The notes below the pieces were generated by a model. That model had not been told where the DNA came from. It searched no databases and was given only the letters and a program-made list of their open reading frames with translations. Shown here one piece after another: positions 45,856 to 54,820 of a stretch of DNA of 64,000 nt (the first letter of the stretch is position 1; every line of letters begins with the position of its first letter). The DNA is from Candidatus Micrarchaeota archaeon (GTDB taxonomy: Archaea > Iainarchaeota > Iainarchaeia > Iainarchaeales > JAGVWC01), in the NCBI GenBank assembly GCA_043803815.1, contig JAZDJR010000029.1, forward strand, positions 7,979 to 71,978, written 5' to 3'. The translations under genes and the position numbers were made by a program.

Positions 45856-46318
45856 TCGCGGAGAGTCCCGAAGCGGGAGTTCGTATAGTCGAACAAGTGG
45901 CTTTGGCTTGTCAGGACAAACAATTGCCATTACTCGAAGAACACTTAAAAATGAAACGCCTACCGAAGCGGGGACTTTTGTTGCAGGCGTAATTCTCCAG
46001 GGAACCGGAATTGACCTTCTTTTATCAGTTTATCAGGCCGTGGTTTATTCTTATGATAAATACCAAAAGTTCGAAAATCGGTCCTGGGTAGTTGGGGAAG
46101 AACAAGCGCTTCAAGAGATTTCAGTCGAAGTTGGAAAAGATGCCTTAAAAAGCACAGTAAAAAAAATGGCTTCTCAAGCTATCGTTAATGCGGTTGTAAC
46201 TGAGTTGGAGGAAAAAAAGATTATTCCGCCTGAATTGAAAAACCGGACAGAAGAAATAGTCGATGACCTCATTGATTTGGGCATTGATAAATTGGAGAAA
46301 CAATTTTTAGAGGAGTGA
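45842..46318 (+). CDS. Hypothetical protein with Gly/Ser-rich N-terminus (MGNTSRG...), candidate QatB-like partner
   Basis: GGTGA RBS before ATG 45842; low-complexity N-terminal tail followed by helical body. Confidence 0.7.
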   Translation: MGNTSRGESRSGSSYSRTSGFGLSGQTIAITRRTLKNETPTEAGTFVAGVILQGTGIDLLLSVYQAVVYSYDKYQKFENRSWVVGEEQALQEISVEVGKDALKSTVKKMASQAIVNAVVTELEEKKIIPPELKNRTEEIVDDLIDLGIDKLEKQFLEE

Positions 46319-46322
46319 AAAA

Positions 46323-46607
46323 ATGGGTCAAATAAACACGGATGATTTATTGTTCAAGGCCACGTATGCCACTCTTATCAAACAAGCGCAGCATATGTTG
46401 AACACTAAAGAGTTTGCTGAACGATTCAAGCTAAAAACCCGTGAAGAAAAAATTGAAATAAAAAAGAAAATGCTTGAAAAGCTAAAAGGGTACGCCGTTG
46501 AAATCGTGCAACAGTTGCCTGAAAATGTTGAAGGGGGCCAGGATATCCAAAAGCTGAAGCCAAAGCTGATAAAAATAATGCAAGGGTGTCTTGATGGCCA
46601 AGCTTGA
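46323..46607 (+). CDS. Small helical hypothetical protein (MGQIN...)
   Basis: GGAGTGA RBS, overlaps the QueC-like gene. Confidence 0.7.
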   Translation: MGQINTDDLLFKATYATLIKQAQHMLNTKEFAERFKLKTREEKIEIKKKMLEKLKGYAVEIVQQLPENVEGGQDIQKLKPKLIKIMQGCLDGQA

Positions 46608-47808
46608 ACACTATTTTACCCGTTTTTCGGAGATAAGCAAGTTTTACAAAGAAAGGAAAGGAAAATACGCGGCTGAAAAAGTTATTCCGCCGAGGCAACG
46701 GGACCTCACTAAATTTGTAGAAAGGGTAAACTTTCTGGAAAGGGACGATTTTCAAAATGAAATGGAATTTGAGTGTATTGATTATGATTTTTGGGAAAAA
46801 CAAAAACCATTACTAAAGAGCTTAATTGAAGATATTGTTGAACGGCCCGTCGAGTTAAACCTTAAAAAAATCCAAGATCCTTTTAAAAAATCAAAATGGG
46901 GCGTCCAACCTGCCGGAAAAGCACCCCTCGTTCTTTTTTCCGGCGGACTGGACAGCTTTCTTTCAGCGTATGAAAATCCAAACGCAGTCCTGGTGCATGT
47001 AAATATTGCCAAGGGAATGCACCCGTATGCAAAAAAATCAAGAGAATTTTTACCTTTAACCCAACCCTACTTTGAGATATCATTTACAGCTTACAAGCCG
47101 CCAGCAAAGGCGGGCGGTGTGTCCAGTTGTCGCGGTCTAACCTTCATCTGCCTAACTTCACTGCTAATTCCTGCATTTAATGCCGACCGAATAATAATCG
47201 GGGAAAATGGAATCCTAATCCATAACCCGCCGTTATTCGAAGGCGCCAAAATGACACGAGGGCTGCGTCCAACAATTACCTCAAAAATTGAACAACTGCT
47301 TTGCCAAGTCTATGAAAAAAAGATTAATTTGGAGTTTCCTAATAACAGCCTCACAAAAACCCAAGTAATCGAAAAAATCATGAAAACCCCCCCTTGGCCA
47401 GAAATACTGCCAAAAACAAGCTCCTGCTTTCATCAGCAACCGCATAGGGGAATAAAGAAAAAAATTCCCATGTGTGGCGTATGTTACGCCTGTATTGTTC
47501 GTCAACTCGGAACCCTTGCGCTCGGAGTAGACGAGTCAAAAAACTATTTAAAAAATCCTTTCAAAGAATGGGATTCAAAAGGAAACGGGCTAATGTTTGT
47601 GATTGACTTATGCCGCCTAATTAAACTCTACAAAAAAGGGCTGCTTTCAGTAAACCAAGCCAATATCATCCTGCAGAACAAGGCTCTTTTTGAGCGCTAT
47701 TTTGACGAAGTCCTTAAGGGTCTCAAGGAGGCACAAGCGCGAAAACTAACAGGAGACTTCGTTGATAATGAAATTGCAGAACTTGCGAAGCTTAGTCCTT
47801 TCTGCTGA
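46594..47808 (+). CDS. QueC-family PP-loop protein, QatC-like
   Basis: LFSGGLDS, IGENGILIHNPP, TR..RP, LTKTQV, TSSC, CGVCYACIVR; ~404 aa, much longer than tRNA-pathway QueC. Confidence 0.85.
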   Translation: MAKLEHYFTRFSEISKFYKERKGKYAAEKVIPPRQRDLTKFVERVNFLERDDFQNEMEFECIDYDFWEKQKPLLKSLIEDIVERPVELNLKKIQDPFKKSKWGVQPAGKAPLVLFSGGLDSFLSAYENPNAVLVHVNIAKGMHPYAKKSREFLPLTQPYFEISFTAYKPPAKAGGVSSCRGLTFICLTSLLIPAFNADRIIIGENGILIHNPPLFEGAKMTRGLRPTITSKIEQLLCQVYEKKINLEFPNNSLTKTQVIEKIMKTPPWPEILPKTSSCFHQQPHRGIKKKIPMCGVCYACIVRQLGTLALGVDESKNYLKNPFKEWDSKGNGLMFVIDLCRLIKLYKKGLLSVNQANIILQNKALFERYFDEVLKGLKEAQARKLTGDFVDNEIAELAKLSPFC

Positions 47809-47847
47809 ATTTTTTCACTGTTTTGGTTTAAAGCCTATTTTTGGGGT

Positions 47848-48075
47848 TTGTTTTGTATGCAGACTGTTTTGCAGTGGGGAAAGAAGCGTTCTTTGGATTC
47901 TCGTCAGGCCGAGGTAGTGGTTCCTTTTTCGTATTATTTGGAGCAGTTTGGCGAGTGGAAGGAGCTGCGCGGGGACCCGGGGCGGAATGCGGAGCGGTTG
48001 AAGCATTTTGAGTCCTTGCACGGAAAGGCGTTTATTGAATCTTTGTTTTTGTTTGAGAAAGTGGTGGGTGACTAA
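47848..48075 (+). CDS. Small hypothetical protein
   Basis: Short ORF continuing the operon; start uncertain. Confidence 0.45.
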   Translation: MFCMQTVLQWGKKRSLDSRQAEVVVPFSYYLEQFGEWKELRGDPGRNAERLKHFESLHGKAFIESLFLFEKVVGD

Positions 48076-48076
48076 A

Positions 48077-48232
48077 ATGCGGGATTTGGATAAAGTGGGT
48101 TTTAATTCGAATTCGCCGCTGCGGAACTACATTAAGCTGTCCGAGCGGATTGATGAATTGAATGATAAGATTCGGGAATTGGAGCAGTTGACGTTGGATG
48201 CTGTTGTCCGATTGAATGAGCGTAAACAGTGA
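48077..48232 (+). CDS. Small coiled-coil protein
   Basis: GGTGA RBS; LSERIDELNDKIRELE heptads. Confidence 0.5.
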   Translation: MRDLDKVGFNSNSPLRNYIKLSERIDELNDKIRELEQLTLDAVVRLNERKQ

Positions 48233-48414
48233 ATAAAGCCGTTTTTGTCCTATTTAATAGGGGTCTTTTTGGCTTGTTGGGCCTGTCGTTAACGGTTGAC
48301 GCGTTAACGCGCTATTTGGGAAAGTTTTAAATCGGTGCGTAGGAATAGTATGTTAGAACCTTTTCTGACCCATAGGGACTGGTTTGCTGTGGCGAAAGCC
48401 CAGAAGTAGTATTT

Positions 48415-49773
48415 TTATTTTTTATTTTTTTGTTTGATTGTTTTTTTGGGCGGGGTTTTCCAGTAGCCGCCTTTGTCTGGGCCAATTCTTTTGAGACTGC
48501 CTTGTTTTTTTAGGTTATTGATTTGCCATTCTATTCCTTTGGGGCTTATTCCTGTTTTTTTTGCCAGTTCATCGGTCGTTATTCTTGGCTGTTCGATTAT
48601 TAGGTCCACTATTTTCTCCCTAGTTTTCTCCCTAGTTTTCTCCCTAGTTTTCTCTTTGGGGTTTTCTTTGATTTTTGGTCTTTGAAAGGTCACGGTAAAA
48701 AATGTGGTGAATTCGAATTTTGGTTCTGGCAGTCCCGCTTCTTGCATTGCTTTTCGTATTCGGGCGATGCCGGAGCCGGCGTGTTCGACTAGATTGCTTT
48801 GTTGCAATAGTCCGAATAGGAGCGGGTTTCGGGATAGGCTTCTTTTTCCGAAGTCGCTTTGTTTGATGATGAGGCCGCCGGGATTTGATATTTCGACGCG
48901 GTTGTCGAAAACGTCTATTTGGGTTACGGCTCCTTTTTCGCTGTAGTCGCGGTGGCAGAGCGCGTTGATAATGGCTTCTTTGAGGGCTTCTTCGGGAATT
49001 TCGAGTATTTCTTTTCGGGGTCCAAATCCCTTTATTTCGTAGCGAAGTTTTAGGGTTCGGTACAAAAACTTGGATGTTTCGTTGTAATTGGAAACCGTGT
49101 CGTTTTTGAAGTCTTTTTTGTCAATGATGAGTGCTTTGTCGGTTCCTTTGTAGGTAATGCAGGTGATGATGCTTTGGGGGATGAACTTGGAAGGGTTTTT
49201 TCCAAAGAAAAGGATGGCTGCGTTTTTGAATTGGTTTTTTTGGTTTGTCAAACCCAAATTGTAGAATAGGTCTTTTTTTGGAATGGTTTTGGATATGCCA
49301 GCTTTTTTTAAAAACTCGTTGAATCGCTTTGTGTCAAAATCCTTCAAGGCAAAATCGGGGTTTATCATTTCTTCATACAGTATTTTTCCCTGTCGGTTAA
49401 AAAGTTCCCGTATTTCTTCGACTTCAAGTTTTTGGGAAGTGGAACCAATTCGCAAATAGAATCCTTGCGTGCAACGGTGCGGTTTTCGGTCGCTTTCCGG
49501 GACTGTGATAATAAGGACTTTTTTGAATTCTGAAATCTTGATGGAAATTGGCGGGTCGCAACTTCGAGCAATACTGTGGGCATCGGCCTTCAACCGGTTG
49601 GTAATATTGATTCCTTTGATTTTGTTGTCATCACTTACTCCGACCAGAATATCGCCGCCTTCGGCATTGGCAAAAGCCACGAGGTCTTTTTCAATTCCGT
49701 TCAGGTTTTCCTTGAACTCGCTTCGATAATCCTCGCCCTTTTTCAGGATAAAATCAAAGGTCTTTTTTTCCAT
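48415..49773 (-). CDS. Schlafen/AlbA_2 + HATPase-like + wHTH protein
   Basis: EFKE...LVAFANAEGG, EAIINALCHRDY, ISNPGG, RNP, GSGI, RIGPDKGGYW. Confidence 0.88.
   Translation of the reverse strand: MEKKTFDFILKKGEDYRSEFKENLNGIEKDLVAFANAEGGDILVGVSDDNKIKGINITNRLKADAHSIARSCDPPISIKISEFKKVLIITVPESDRKPHRCTQGFYLRIGSTSQKLEVEEIRELFNRQGKILYEEMINPDFALKDFDTKRFNEFLKKAGISKTIPKKDLFYNLGLTNQKNQFKNAAILFFGKNPSKFIPQSIITCITYKGTDKALIIDKKDFKNDTVSNYNETSKFLYRTLKLRYEIKGFGPRKEILEIPEEALKEAIINALCHRDYSEKGAVTQIDVFDNRVEISNPGGLIIKQSDFGKRSLSRNPLLFGLLQQSNLVEHAGSGIARIRKAMQEAGLPEPKFEFTTFFTVTFQRPKIKENPKEKTREKTREKTREKIVDLIIEQPRITTDELAKKTGISPKGIEWQINNLKKQGSLKRIGPDKGGYWKTPPKKTIKQKNKK
48612..48654. repeat. 12-bp tandem repeat encoding (KTRE)n
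   Basis: TTTTCTCCCTAG repeated about 3.5 times, in frame. Confidence 0.85.
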
Positions 49774-49813
49774 ACAAAATCAACTGTCCAAAAACCATTA
49801 TGCCCGCTTGGCT

Positions 49814-49939
49814 TTAAAAACGCTTTTCCAGCAACACCTTGATTTCTGCCAATAGCTTGTTTTGCTGGGCAAGCAGGCGGTTGGTTTCTGCTACCTCGTT
49901 TTTTGTTTTGACGAGTTGGATTACTTCTCCGAAACCCAT
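49814..49939 (-). CDS. 41-aa coiled-coil micro-protein downstream of the integrase
   Basis: GAGGTGG RBS; MGFGEVIQLVKTKNEVAETNRLLAQQNKLLAEIKVLLEKRF. Confidence 0.55.
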   Translation of the reverse strand: MGFGEVIQLVKTKNEVAETNRLLAQQNKLLAEIKVLLEKRF

Positions 49940-49940
49940 T

Positions 49941-51140
49941 TCAAACCACCTCTTTTTTCAGTTGCGTGGCTTGGGTAATGGCTTCTTGGATGATGTTGGG
50001 GTTGGTTTTAGCCATTTCAAGCAATTTCATTACTGCGACCATGGCTTCTTGGTCTTTTTGGCGCGTCATTTCCACTGAATTGATAGCCTGGGGGGTCAAC
50101 GGTAGCCAGCATTGTTTACAGTATTGGCTGTTTACGTCGTTGGGTGTTTTGCAGCGGGGACAGTTTTGTTGTAGTAAAATGATTTCTTTTTTTTCGGGTT
50201 TTTTTAAACCGTTTAGCTCCAAAATTGCGTTGTCGACTTGTTTTCCGGACAGGTGGACGTAGCGTGAGGCCATGTCGCTTCCTTGGGTCCAGCCGAAGTA
50301 TTCTTTCATTTGGGCTTCAGTCAGGAATTGCGCCATGTAGGTTGCGCGTGAGTGTCGGAAGTGGTGGGGGTTGACTGGTTTTTTTATTCCCGCGCGTTTG
50401 GCGGCGCCGCGGATTACTTTGATGATGTAGGCGTAGACGACTTGCTGGGTTTTTTTTCGGGTAAGCGTTACCCACAAGGGCGCGTTGGGGTCGTGGTTTT
50501 GGGGGTGCTCATTTATCCATTCCAATAAATAGGGTGCGCTGGATACTAGTCGGATGCGGCGCATTCCGGTTTTGCCGTCGACCATTACTTGACACCCGAA
50601 TTCGTCGAATTGCACGTTTTTGAGTTGTAGGCCTCCAATCTCTCCTATTCGGGCCCCGGATTCCCAGATGCACGAGATAAGTGCTTTGTCGCGTTTGGTG
50701 TGTGTGTTTTGGAGCAGGGTTTTTACTTCTTCTTGGTTTAATAGGTCGTCCGGCAGTCGTTTGTATTTGGATTTGGAACCGCTTTTTATCCAGGCCACGC
50801 ATTCGGGGTAGGTTCCTTTGTTGAACCACTTGTAAAACACTTTTAGGGTGGCTCGAAAAGTGGCAATGGATTCTTCGGCATAGTCGCTGGTTTTCATCCA
50901 GACCAAGAAGGTTTCCACGTCTTTGGCGGTAATCGTGTCAAAGGGTTTGGGGATTTTTTGGCTGAAAAGGCGCAAACAGGATGCTATGCGTAGGATTCGG
51001 GGGGTTGAAATGCCGTTTACGGTTTCAAAGTTGTGGAAATCCGTCATCCATTGCTTGTTTTGGCTTGGAATGTCGGCTTTTTCAATTCGTTCCTGTTCCT
51101 TGACTAGGTAGTGGTCGTAGTCGTGTAGGTATTTTCTCAT
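49941..51140 (-). CDS. Tyrosine recombinase/integrase with C-terminal zinc ribbon
   Basis: ESGARIGE, GKTG, HHFRHSRAT, GW, RYVH; CPRC...CKQC; adjacent to att/tRNA. Confidence 0.95.
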   Translation of the reverse strand: MRKYLHDYDHYLVKEQERIEKADIPSQNKQWMTDFHNFETVNGISTPRILRIASCLRLFSQKIPKPFDTITAKDVETFLVWMKTSDYAEESIATFRATLKVFYKWFNKGTYPECVAWIKSGSKSKYKRLPDDLLNQEEVKTLLQNTHTKRDKALISCIWESGARIGEIGGLQLKNVQFDEFGCQVMVDGKTGMRRIRLVSSAPYLLEWINEHPQNHDPNAPLWVTLTRKKTQQVVYAYIIKVIRGAAKRAGIKKPVNPHHFRHSRATYMAQFLTEAQMKEYFGWTQGSDMASRYVHLSGKQVDNAILELNGLKKPEKKEIILLQQNCPRCKTPNDVNSQYCKQCWLPLTPQAINSVEMTRQKDQEAMVAVMKLLEMAKTNPNIIQEAITQATQLKKEVV

Positions 51141-51207
51141 CAAATCACGTCTCCTTTTACCCAACCGAAAACCAATTAAAAGAGACGGATTCAAACAATT
51201 TGGTAAT

Positions 51208-51311
51208 TGCAGGCGGGCAGATTCGAACTGCCGAAAGCCACTAAGGCACAAGCCCATTGACCGTTGATACGGGCCTCAAGCTTGCGAAATTGACCGCTAT
51301 TCGACGCCTGC
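51208..51311 (-). tRNA. tRNA-Leu(GAG) with a 19-nt intron (51255-51273); integration target
   Basis: GCAGGCG/CGCCTGC acceptor, CAAGC/GCTTG stem, long variable arm, canonical BHB (TTGA/TCAA, CCGT/ACGG). Confidence 0.93.
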
Positions 51312-51416
51312 ACTATTGTAAAAGGGTTCAATAGTCCTTTTAAAATCTGTTCTCCCTGCTTGCCGATTCTTGCCGAATTTAATAGTACTGCTTGCGCACT
51401 AAAAAAAATAATGATA

Positions 51417-52250
51417 TTAATTGGGCTCATTTTTCAGGCTGGCGTTGAAGCAGACATGGTTAAATGTGACATTATCCGTGGTCACTTCGATTTCAAGCTG
51501 TTGAACATCAATTGCAATTTCGGCGGACTGCTTGTCCGCGCTTAGAACAACGGTTTGGTTCCCGTTAATCCGAAAAGCCGGCTTTCCGGCGGGGTTTTGG
51601 CTTGCGGCGTCGTCCAAAAAACCGAAGAACAAGGTTCCTTTCACGGGTTTGGAATATTTTAGCACTAAGGTTTTGTCCGAGAACGGGTGGGAAAAAACGC
51701 ACAGCATTTTTTTGTATTCAATCGGACTGTAAACGGTTGTTATTTTTTCCCAATAATTGGATCCGCAGATGAATGCATTGCCAAAAAAAGGACACGTTTT
51801 TTTTTCTTTGTTTTGCAGGGTAAACACTTCAAACTCTTTCAAATGTTCGCTTAGCAAAAAAACCTTTTTTTTGAACTGCAAAAAAGACGTTCGATAGGCG
51901 CAAATCGTTCCGACTTTGATTTCTTGGCTGCTCGAAAAAACGGTTCCGCAAAACGCCACTTTCCAATACGTTTCATACAATGATTCATCCGGATTGGCAT
52001 TTGGTCGCGCGTCAAAACTCGTGAACCGGCCCATATGCGCGTCCAATGCAAAAAACCGCAGGTAATCGGGCTCAAAAACAATCTGCTGGCCAATCATTCC
52101 CTGTTTTTCCAAGGCCGCGTTCAGATTGTCCCATGCGCTTCCCAGCGGAATTTCGGAGTAAACCACGCTTCCCCATAACGCGATAAATGCCCACATTAAA
52201 AAAATTGCGAGCCGAATCCGCTTTGCTTTTTTTTCGGTTTTTGTATCCAT
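51417..52250 (-). CDS. Membrane-anchored extracellular protein
   Basis: N-terminal TM, beta-rich C-terminus. Confidence 0.65.
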   Translation of the reverse strand: MDTKTEKKAKRIRLAIFLMWAFIALWGSVVYSEIPLGSAWDNLNAALEKQGMIGQQIVFEPDYLRFFALDAHMGRFTSFDARPNANPDESLYETYWKVAFCGTVFSSSQEIKVGTICAYRTSFLQFKKKVFLLSEHLKEFEVFTLQNKEKKTCPFFGNAFICGSNYWEKITTVYSPIEYKKMLCVFSHPFSDKTLVLKYSKPVKGTLFFGFLDDAASQNPAGKPAFRINGNQTVVLSADKQSAEIAIDVQQLEIEVTTDNVTFNHVCFNASLKNEPN

Positions 52251-52259
52251 TTTTTTTCC

Positions 52260-53390
52260 TCACATTGACAAAAGATAGATTGCTCCAAGAGCGACGGGAA
52301 CCAGTTTAAAGAAAATGTTTGGCCGGTCAAAATAATGGGCAATAATTGCAAAGCAGCCGATGCTAAGAACATAGGTATAGCGAATGGTTTCGGGCAACGG
52401 GCGCAGGTTCACCGCAACTGCCATAATGCCGATGCAAACAATCCAAAAAACCCAAAATTTGGGCATTTTTTGTTTTTCCAAGGCCAGAACGGCAAGACCC
52501 AGCAAAAAAACCGCGAAAATAAGAATTGCCTTGAATAAAAAATCCGAAACCAGAAACGGCCAAAAAATTTCCTTTATAAAGTCCCCCAAACGGAAAAAAA
52601 CAACCGGCGTCAATGGAAGGCCGCCATTAAAGCGCGCAATGAGGCTTTCCCCGAACCGGACCGCATTTAGCAGGAAGAAAAAAATGCCCGCGAGTACAAA
52701 CGGGACATATTTTTTCAGGTTTTTCCAGTCCGGTTTTTTGGATTCGCTGTTTTCTTTGAAAATCCAAAATTCGTACACCATAAGAATTACAAACAAGTAA
52801 AACGCCTCGATAAAAAGCGAGCCCAAAACAAAAAGCAAAAATGTCAGCAGGTAATAGCGCAGTTTTTTTTTGGACAGGAAATTCAGGAAAAAAAACAAGG
52901 TAAGCAATAAAAAAATAGCCGCCAATGGATGCCTTGTGCCTGACGCGATCCAATTAAGGGTGTTGATGTGCAATGGAAAAATAAAAAACAGCACCGAACC
53001 GACGTAGGCTGCCCATCGGCCGTACTCCATTTTTCGCAAGACAAAAAACAAGAGTACTGCCGCGGCAATATGAAACAAAAAAATGACGACGTGATATCCA
53101 AAGGCACCCGTGCCGAAAAATCTTGCAAACAACCCCCATTCCATGATGTCTAATGGCATGTAATGGGTCTGAGTATGAATCGTGGCTTGCTTAAAAAACG
53201 GGTCAAAGATTTTTTCAAGGCTGTTCCGCGTCTGGGCTTCGTTGTACATGGCCAAGTCATCTCCCCCTGAAATCGCGCCGTCCCACGAAAGCCTGGAAAA
53301 CCCCGCCAAAAAAACCAGTATTGCAATCAGGGTAAATGAAATAATGGCAACTTTTTCGCCTTCAGAAGAAAACGTCCAATTTAGCTTCAT
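52260..53390 (-). CDS. GT-C fold (PMT/ArnT-like) polytopic glycosyltransferase
   Basis: GDD loop after TM1, HYMPL, GYH, FPLH...WIASG, RYTY motifs; many TMs. Confidence 0.75.
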   Translation of the reverse strand: MKLNWTFSSEGEKVAIISFTLIAILVFLAGFSRLSWDGAISGGDDLAMYNEAQTRNSLEKIFDPFFKQATIHTQTHYMPLDIMEWGLFARFFGTGAFGYHVVIFLFHIAAAVLLFFVLRKMEYGRWAAYVGSVLFFIFPLHINTLNWIASGTRHPLAAIFLLLTLFFFLNFLSKKKLRYYLLTFLLFVLGSLFIEAFYLFVILMVYEFWIFKENSESKKPDWKNLKKYVPFVLAGIFFFLLNAVRFGESLIARFNGGLPLTPVVFFRLGDFIKEIFWPFLVSDFLFKAILIFAVFLLGLAVLALEKQKMPKFWVFWIVCIGIMAVAVNLRPLPETIRYTYVLSIGCFAIIAHYFDRPNIFFKLVPVALGAIYLLSM

Positions 53391-53478
53391 CCGATTGGTA
53401 AAATTACCAAAAATCAGTTAAAACGACCATTTTTGGTAACCGCATCGGTTTTTTAACTTTGAAAGCAAACTATGTAAC

Positions 53479-54270
53479 ATGATTTCAAAACAAGGAATCC
53501 TGACTTTGGTCCTTTTATTGCTGGTTGCGACTTCCTGCCAGGCGGTCACGATCCAGGCATCCGACAAAATCGTAACCGGTTCGAACTGGAGCTTTTCCGT
53601 AAAGCTAGATTCAACAGACTTGTATTACACCTTAAACGTTTTACTCGACAGCCAAAAAATCGGTTCATTGTATTCCACAAACCCGCCGACGTTTGTTCCC
53701 GACCCGTTTAACGGCTCAATGATTAATTCTTCCCGCTTTGCAAACCAGACTCTTTTTGTTTCCCTGACCGGACTTTCCGCGGGAAACCATGAACTCCGCG
53801 TGGAAACCTTTAATCAGGAAAATGTGTCCCTGCAAAGCCAAACCAAGCCTTTTTTGGCAATCGAACCCGTGGACACGCAAATCCAAACCTCGATGAATCA
53901 AAGCGTTTTGACCCTTCAAACCCAAAACACCGCGCTTGTCCAGTCGATTGAAGAATTAAAGCAGACCAATGCGGGACTCAACAACCGTTTGGAACAGCAA
54001 AACGAATTGCTTGCAGAGTTCCAGCAAAAAATAAAAAACCTCACGAGTTCCTTGCAGTCATTACAGGACAACCAGTCTGCGGACAAGACCGTTATTCAAA
54101 ACCTGCAAACCCAATTGGAATCGGTTCTGGCGGAGCAGCAATCCGCAAAAGCAAATACTGTAACGGGATTTGTTGGACTCAGAAACGCGACGCTCCTCGG
54201 AATCGGAGTTTTGGTTGTGATTGCCGTCGGATTTTTTGTTTACCGGCAACGCAAAAAAAGCGCGTATTAG
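53479..54270 (+). CDS. Secreted coiled-coil protein with C-terminal TM anchor
   Basis: Signal peptide, long heptad region, TGF + TM + RQRKK. Confidence 0.8.
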   Translation: MISKQGILTLVLLLLVATSCQAVTIQASDKIVTGSNWSFSVKLDSTDLYYTLNVLLDSQKIGSLYSTNPPTFVPDPFNGSMINSSRFANQTLFVSLTGLSAGNHELRVETFNQENVSLQSQTKPFLAIEPVDTQIQTSMNQSVLTLQTQNTALVQSIEELKQTNAGLNNRLEQQNELLAEFQQKIKNLTSSLQSLQDNQSADKTVIQNLQTQLESVLAEQQSAKANTVTGFVGLRNATLLGIGVLVVIAVGFFVYRQRKKSAY

Positions 54271-54398
54271 GACTGCAAAAAACACCGCTAATTTTTTGTT
54301 CTTTCAAAGAATGACTGCTCCCCGTTCTAAATAGGGAAATATCCGAAGCTTGACCTGGAAAATACCTTAAAAAACCGATTCAACCCAATTCTTGCATT

Positions 54399-54451
54399 GC
54401 GGAGATGGCTAAACCTCAGCTTTTTGCTTTGGGCAAAAACCTGGGAAAAAG
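54399..54451 (+). repeat. Duplicated tRNA-Ser 5' fragment (17 nt) followed by a hairpin repeat copy
   Basis: GCGGAGATGGCTAAACC (16/17 match to the tRNA 5' end) + CAGCTTTTTGCTTTGGGCAAAAACCTGGGAAAAA. Confidence 0.85.
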
Positions 54452-54470
54452 CAGCTCTGAAAAATTTGAT

Positions 54471-54609
54471 GCGGAGATGGCTGAACCTGGTTAAGGCGCA
54501 CGCCTGGAAACTCAGCTTTTTTGCTTTCAGCAAAAAACCTGGGAAAAAATTGTTTAGCCCGTGAGCGTGTGGGCGAAAGCCCTTGTGGGTTCAAATCCCA
54601 CTCTCCGCG
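54471..54609 (+). tRNA. tRNA-Ser(GGA) with a 54-nt intron (54510-54563)
   Basis: GCGGAGA/TCTCCGC acceptor, CACGC/GCGTG stem, variable arm GGGC-GAAA-GCCC, T arm GTGGG-TTCAAAT-CCCAC. Confidence 0.92.
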
Positions 54610-54651
54610 CTTTCCTCAAAATAGTCTTAAAAAAAAGCATTGGTGTTTTGA

Positions 54652-54783
54652 ATGAATCCCGACTGCCCCTGCCCCAAAACAACCTGCCCAAACCACGGCA
54701 ACTGCGACAAATGCAAGGCGTATCACCTCAAGGTGGGCGGGTTGTCGTACTGCAAGAGAAACCCGCAAAGAACGGGTTTGTGA
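54652..54783 (+). CDS. 43-aa Cys/His-rich metal-binding micro-protein
   Basis: MNPDCPCPKTTCPNHGNCDKCKAYH...YC; GGTG upstream. Confidence 0.7.
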   Translation: MNPDCPCPKTTCPNHGNCDKCKAYHLKVGGLSYCKRNPQRTGL

Positions 54784-54820
54784 ACAGGCGAATCCTTAAA
54801 ATGAGAAACCCCCTGTTGAA

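Larger units (their letters stand above)
21424..51223. mobile_element. Integrative (probably conjugative) element inserted in the tRNA-Leu(GAG) 3' end
   Basis: Identical 18-bp direct repeats ATTGCAGGCGGGCAGATT at 21424-21441 and 51206-51223, integrase next to the tRNA, T4SS-like genes, defence cargo. Confidence 0.93.

Noticed and set aside
46594-47808. Housekeeping queC for archaeosine/queuosine synthesis
   Set aside because: Length, motifs and mobile-element context fit QatC-like proteins; no queD/queE/tgt neighbours.
48286-48312. Short palindromes CGTTAACG and CGCGTTAACGCG
   Set aside because: Too short, with no supporting context for a function.
51141-51257. N-terminal extension of the integrase ORF into the tRNA (SSV-type split integrase)
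   Set aside because: An RBS and ATG at 51140 give a complete integrase; the extension is incidental read-through across the tRNA.
52250-52262. Possible frameshift at an A8 run joining the GT-C gene and the downstream ORF
   Set aside because: Both ORFs have plausible independent starts and stops; no evidence for fusion without homolog comparison.
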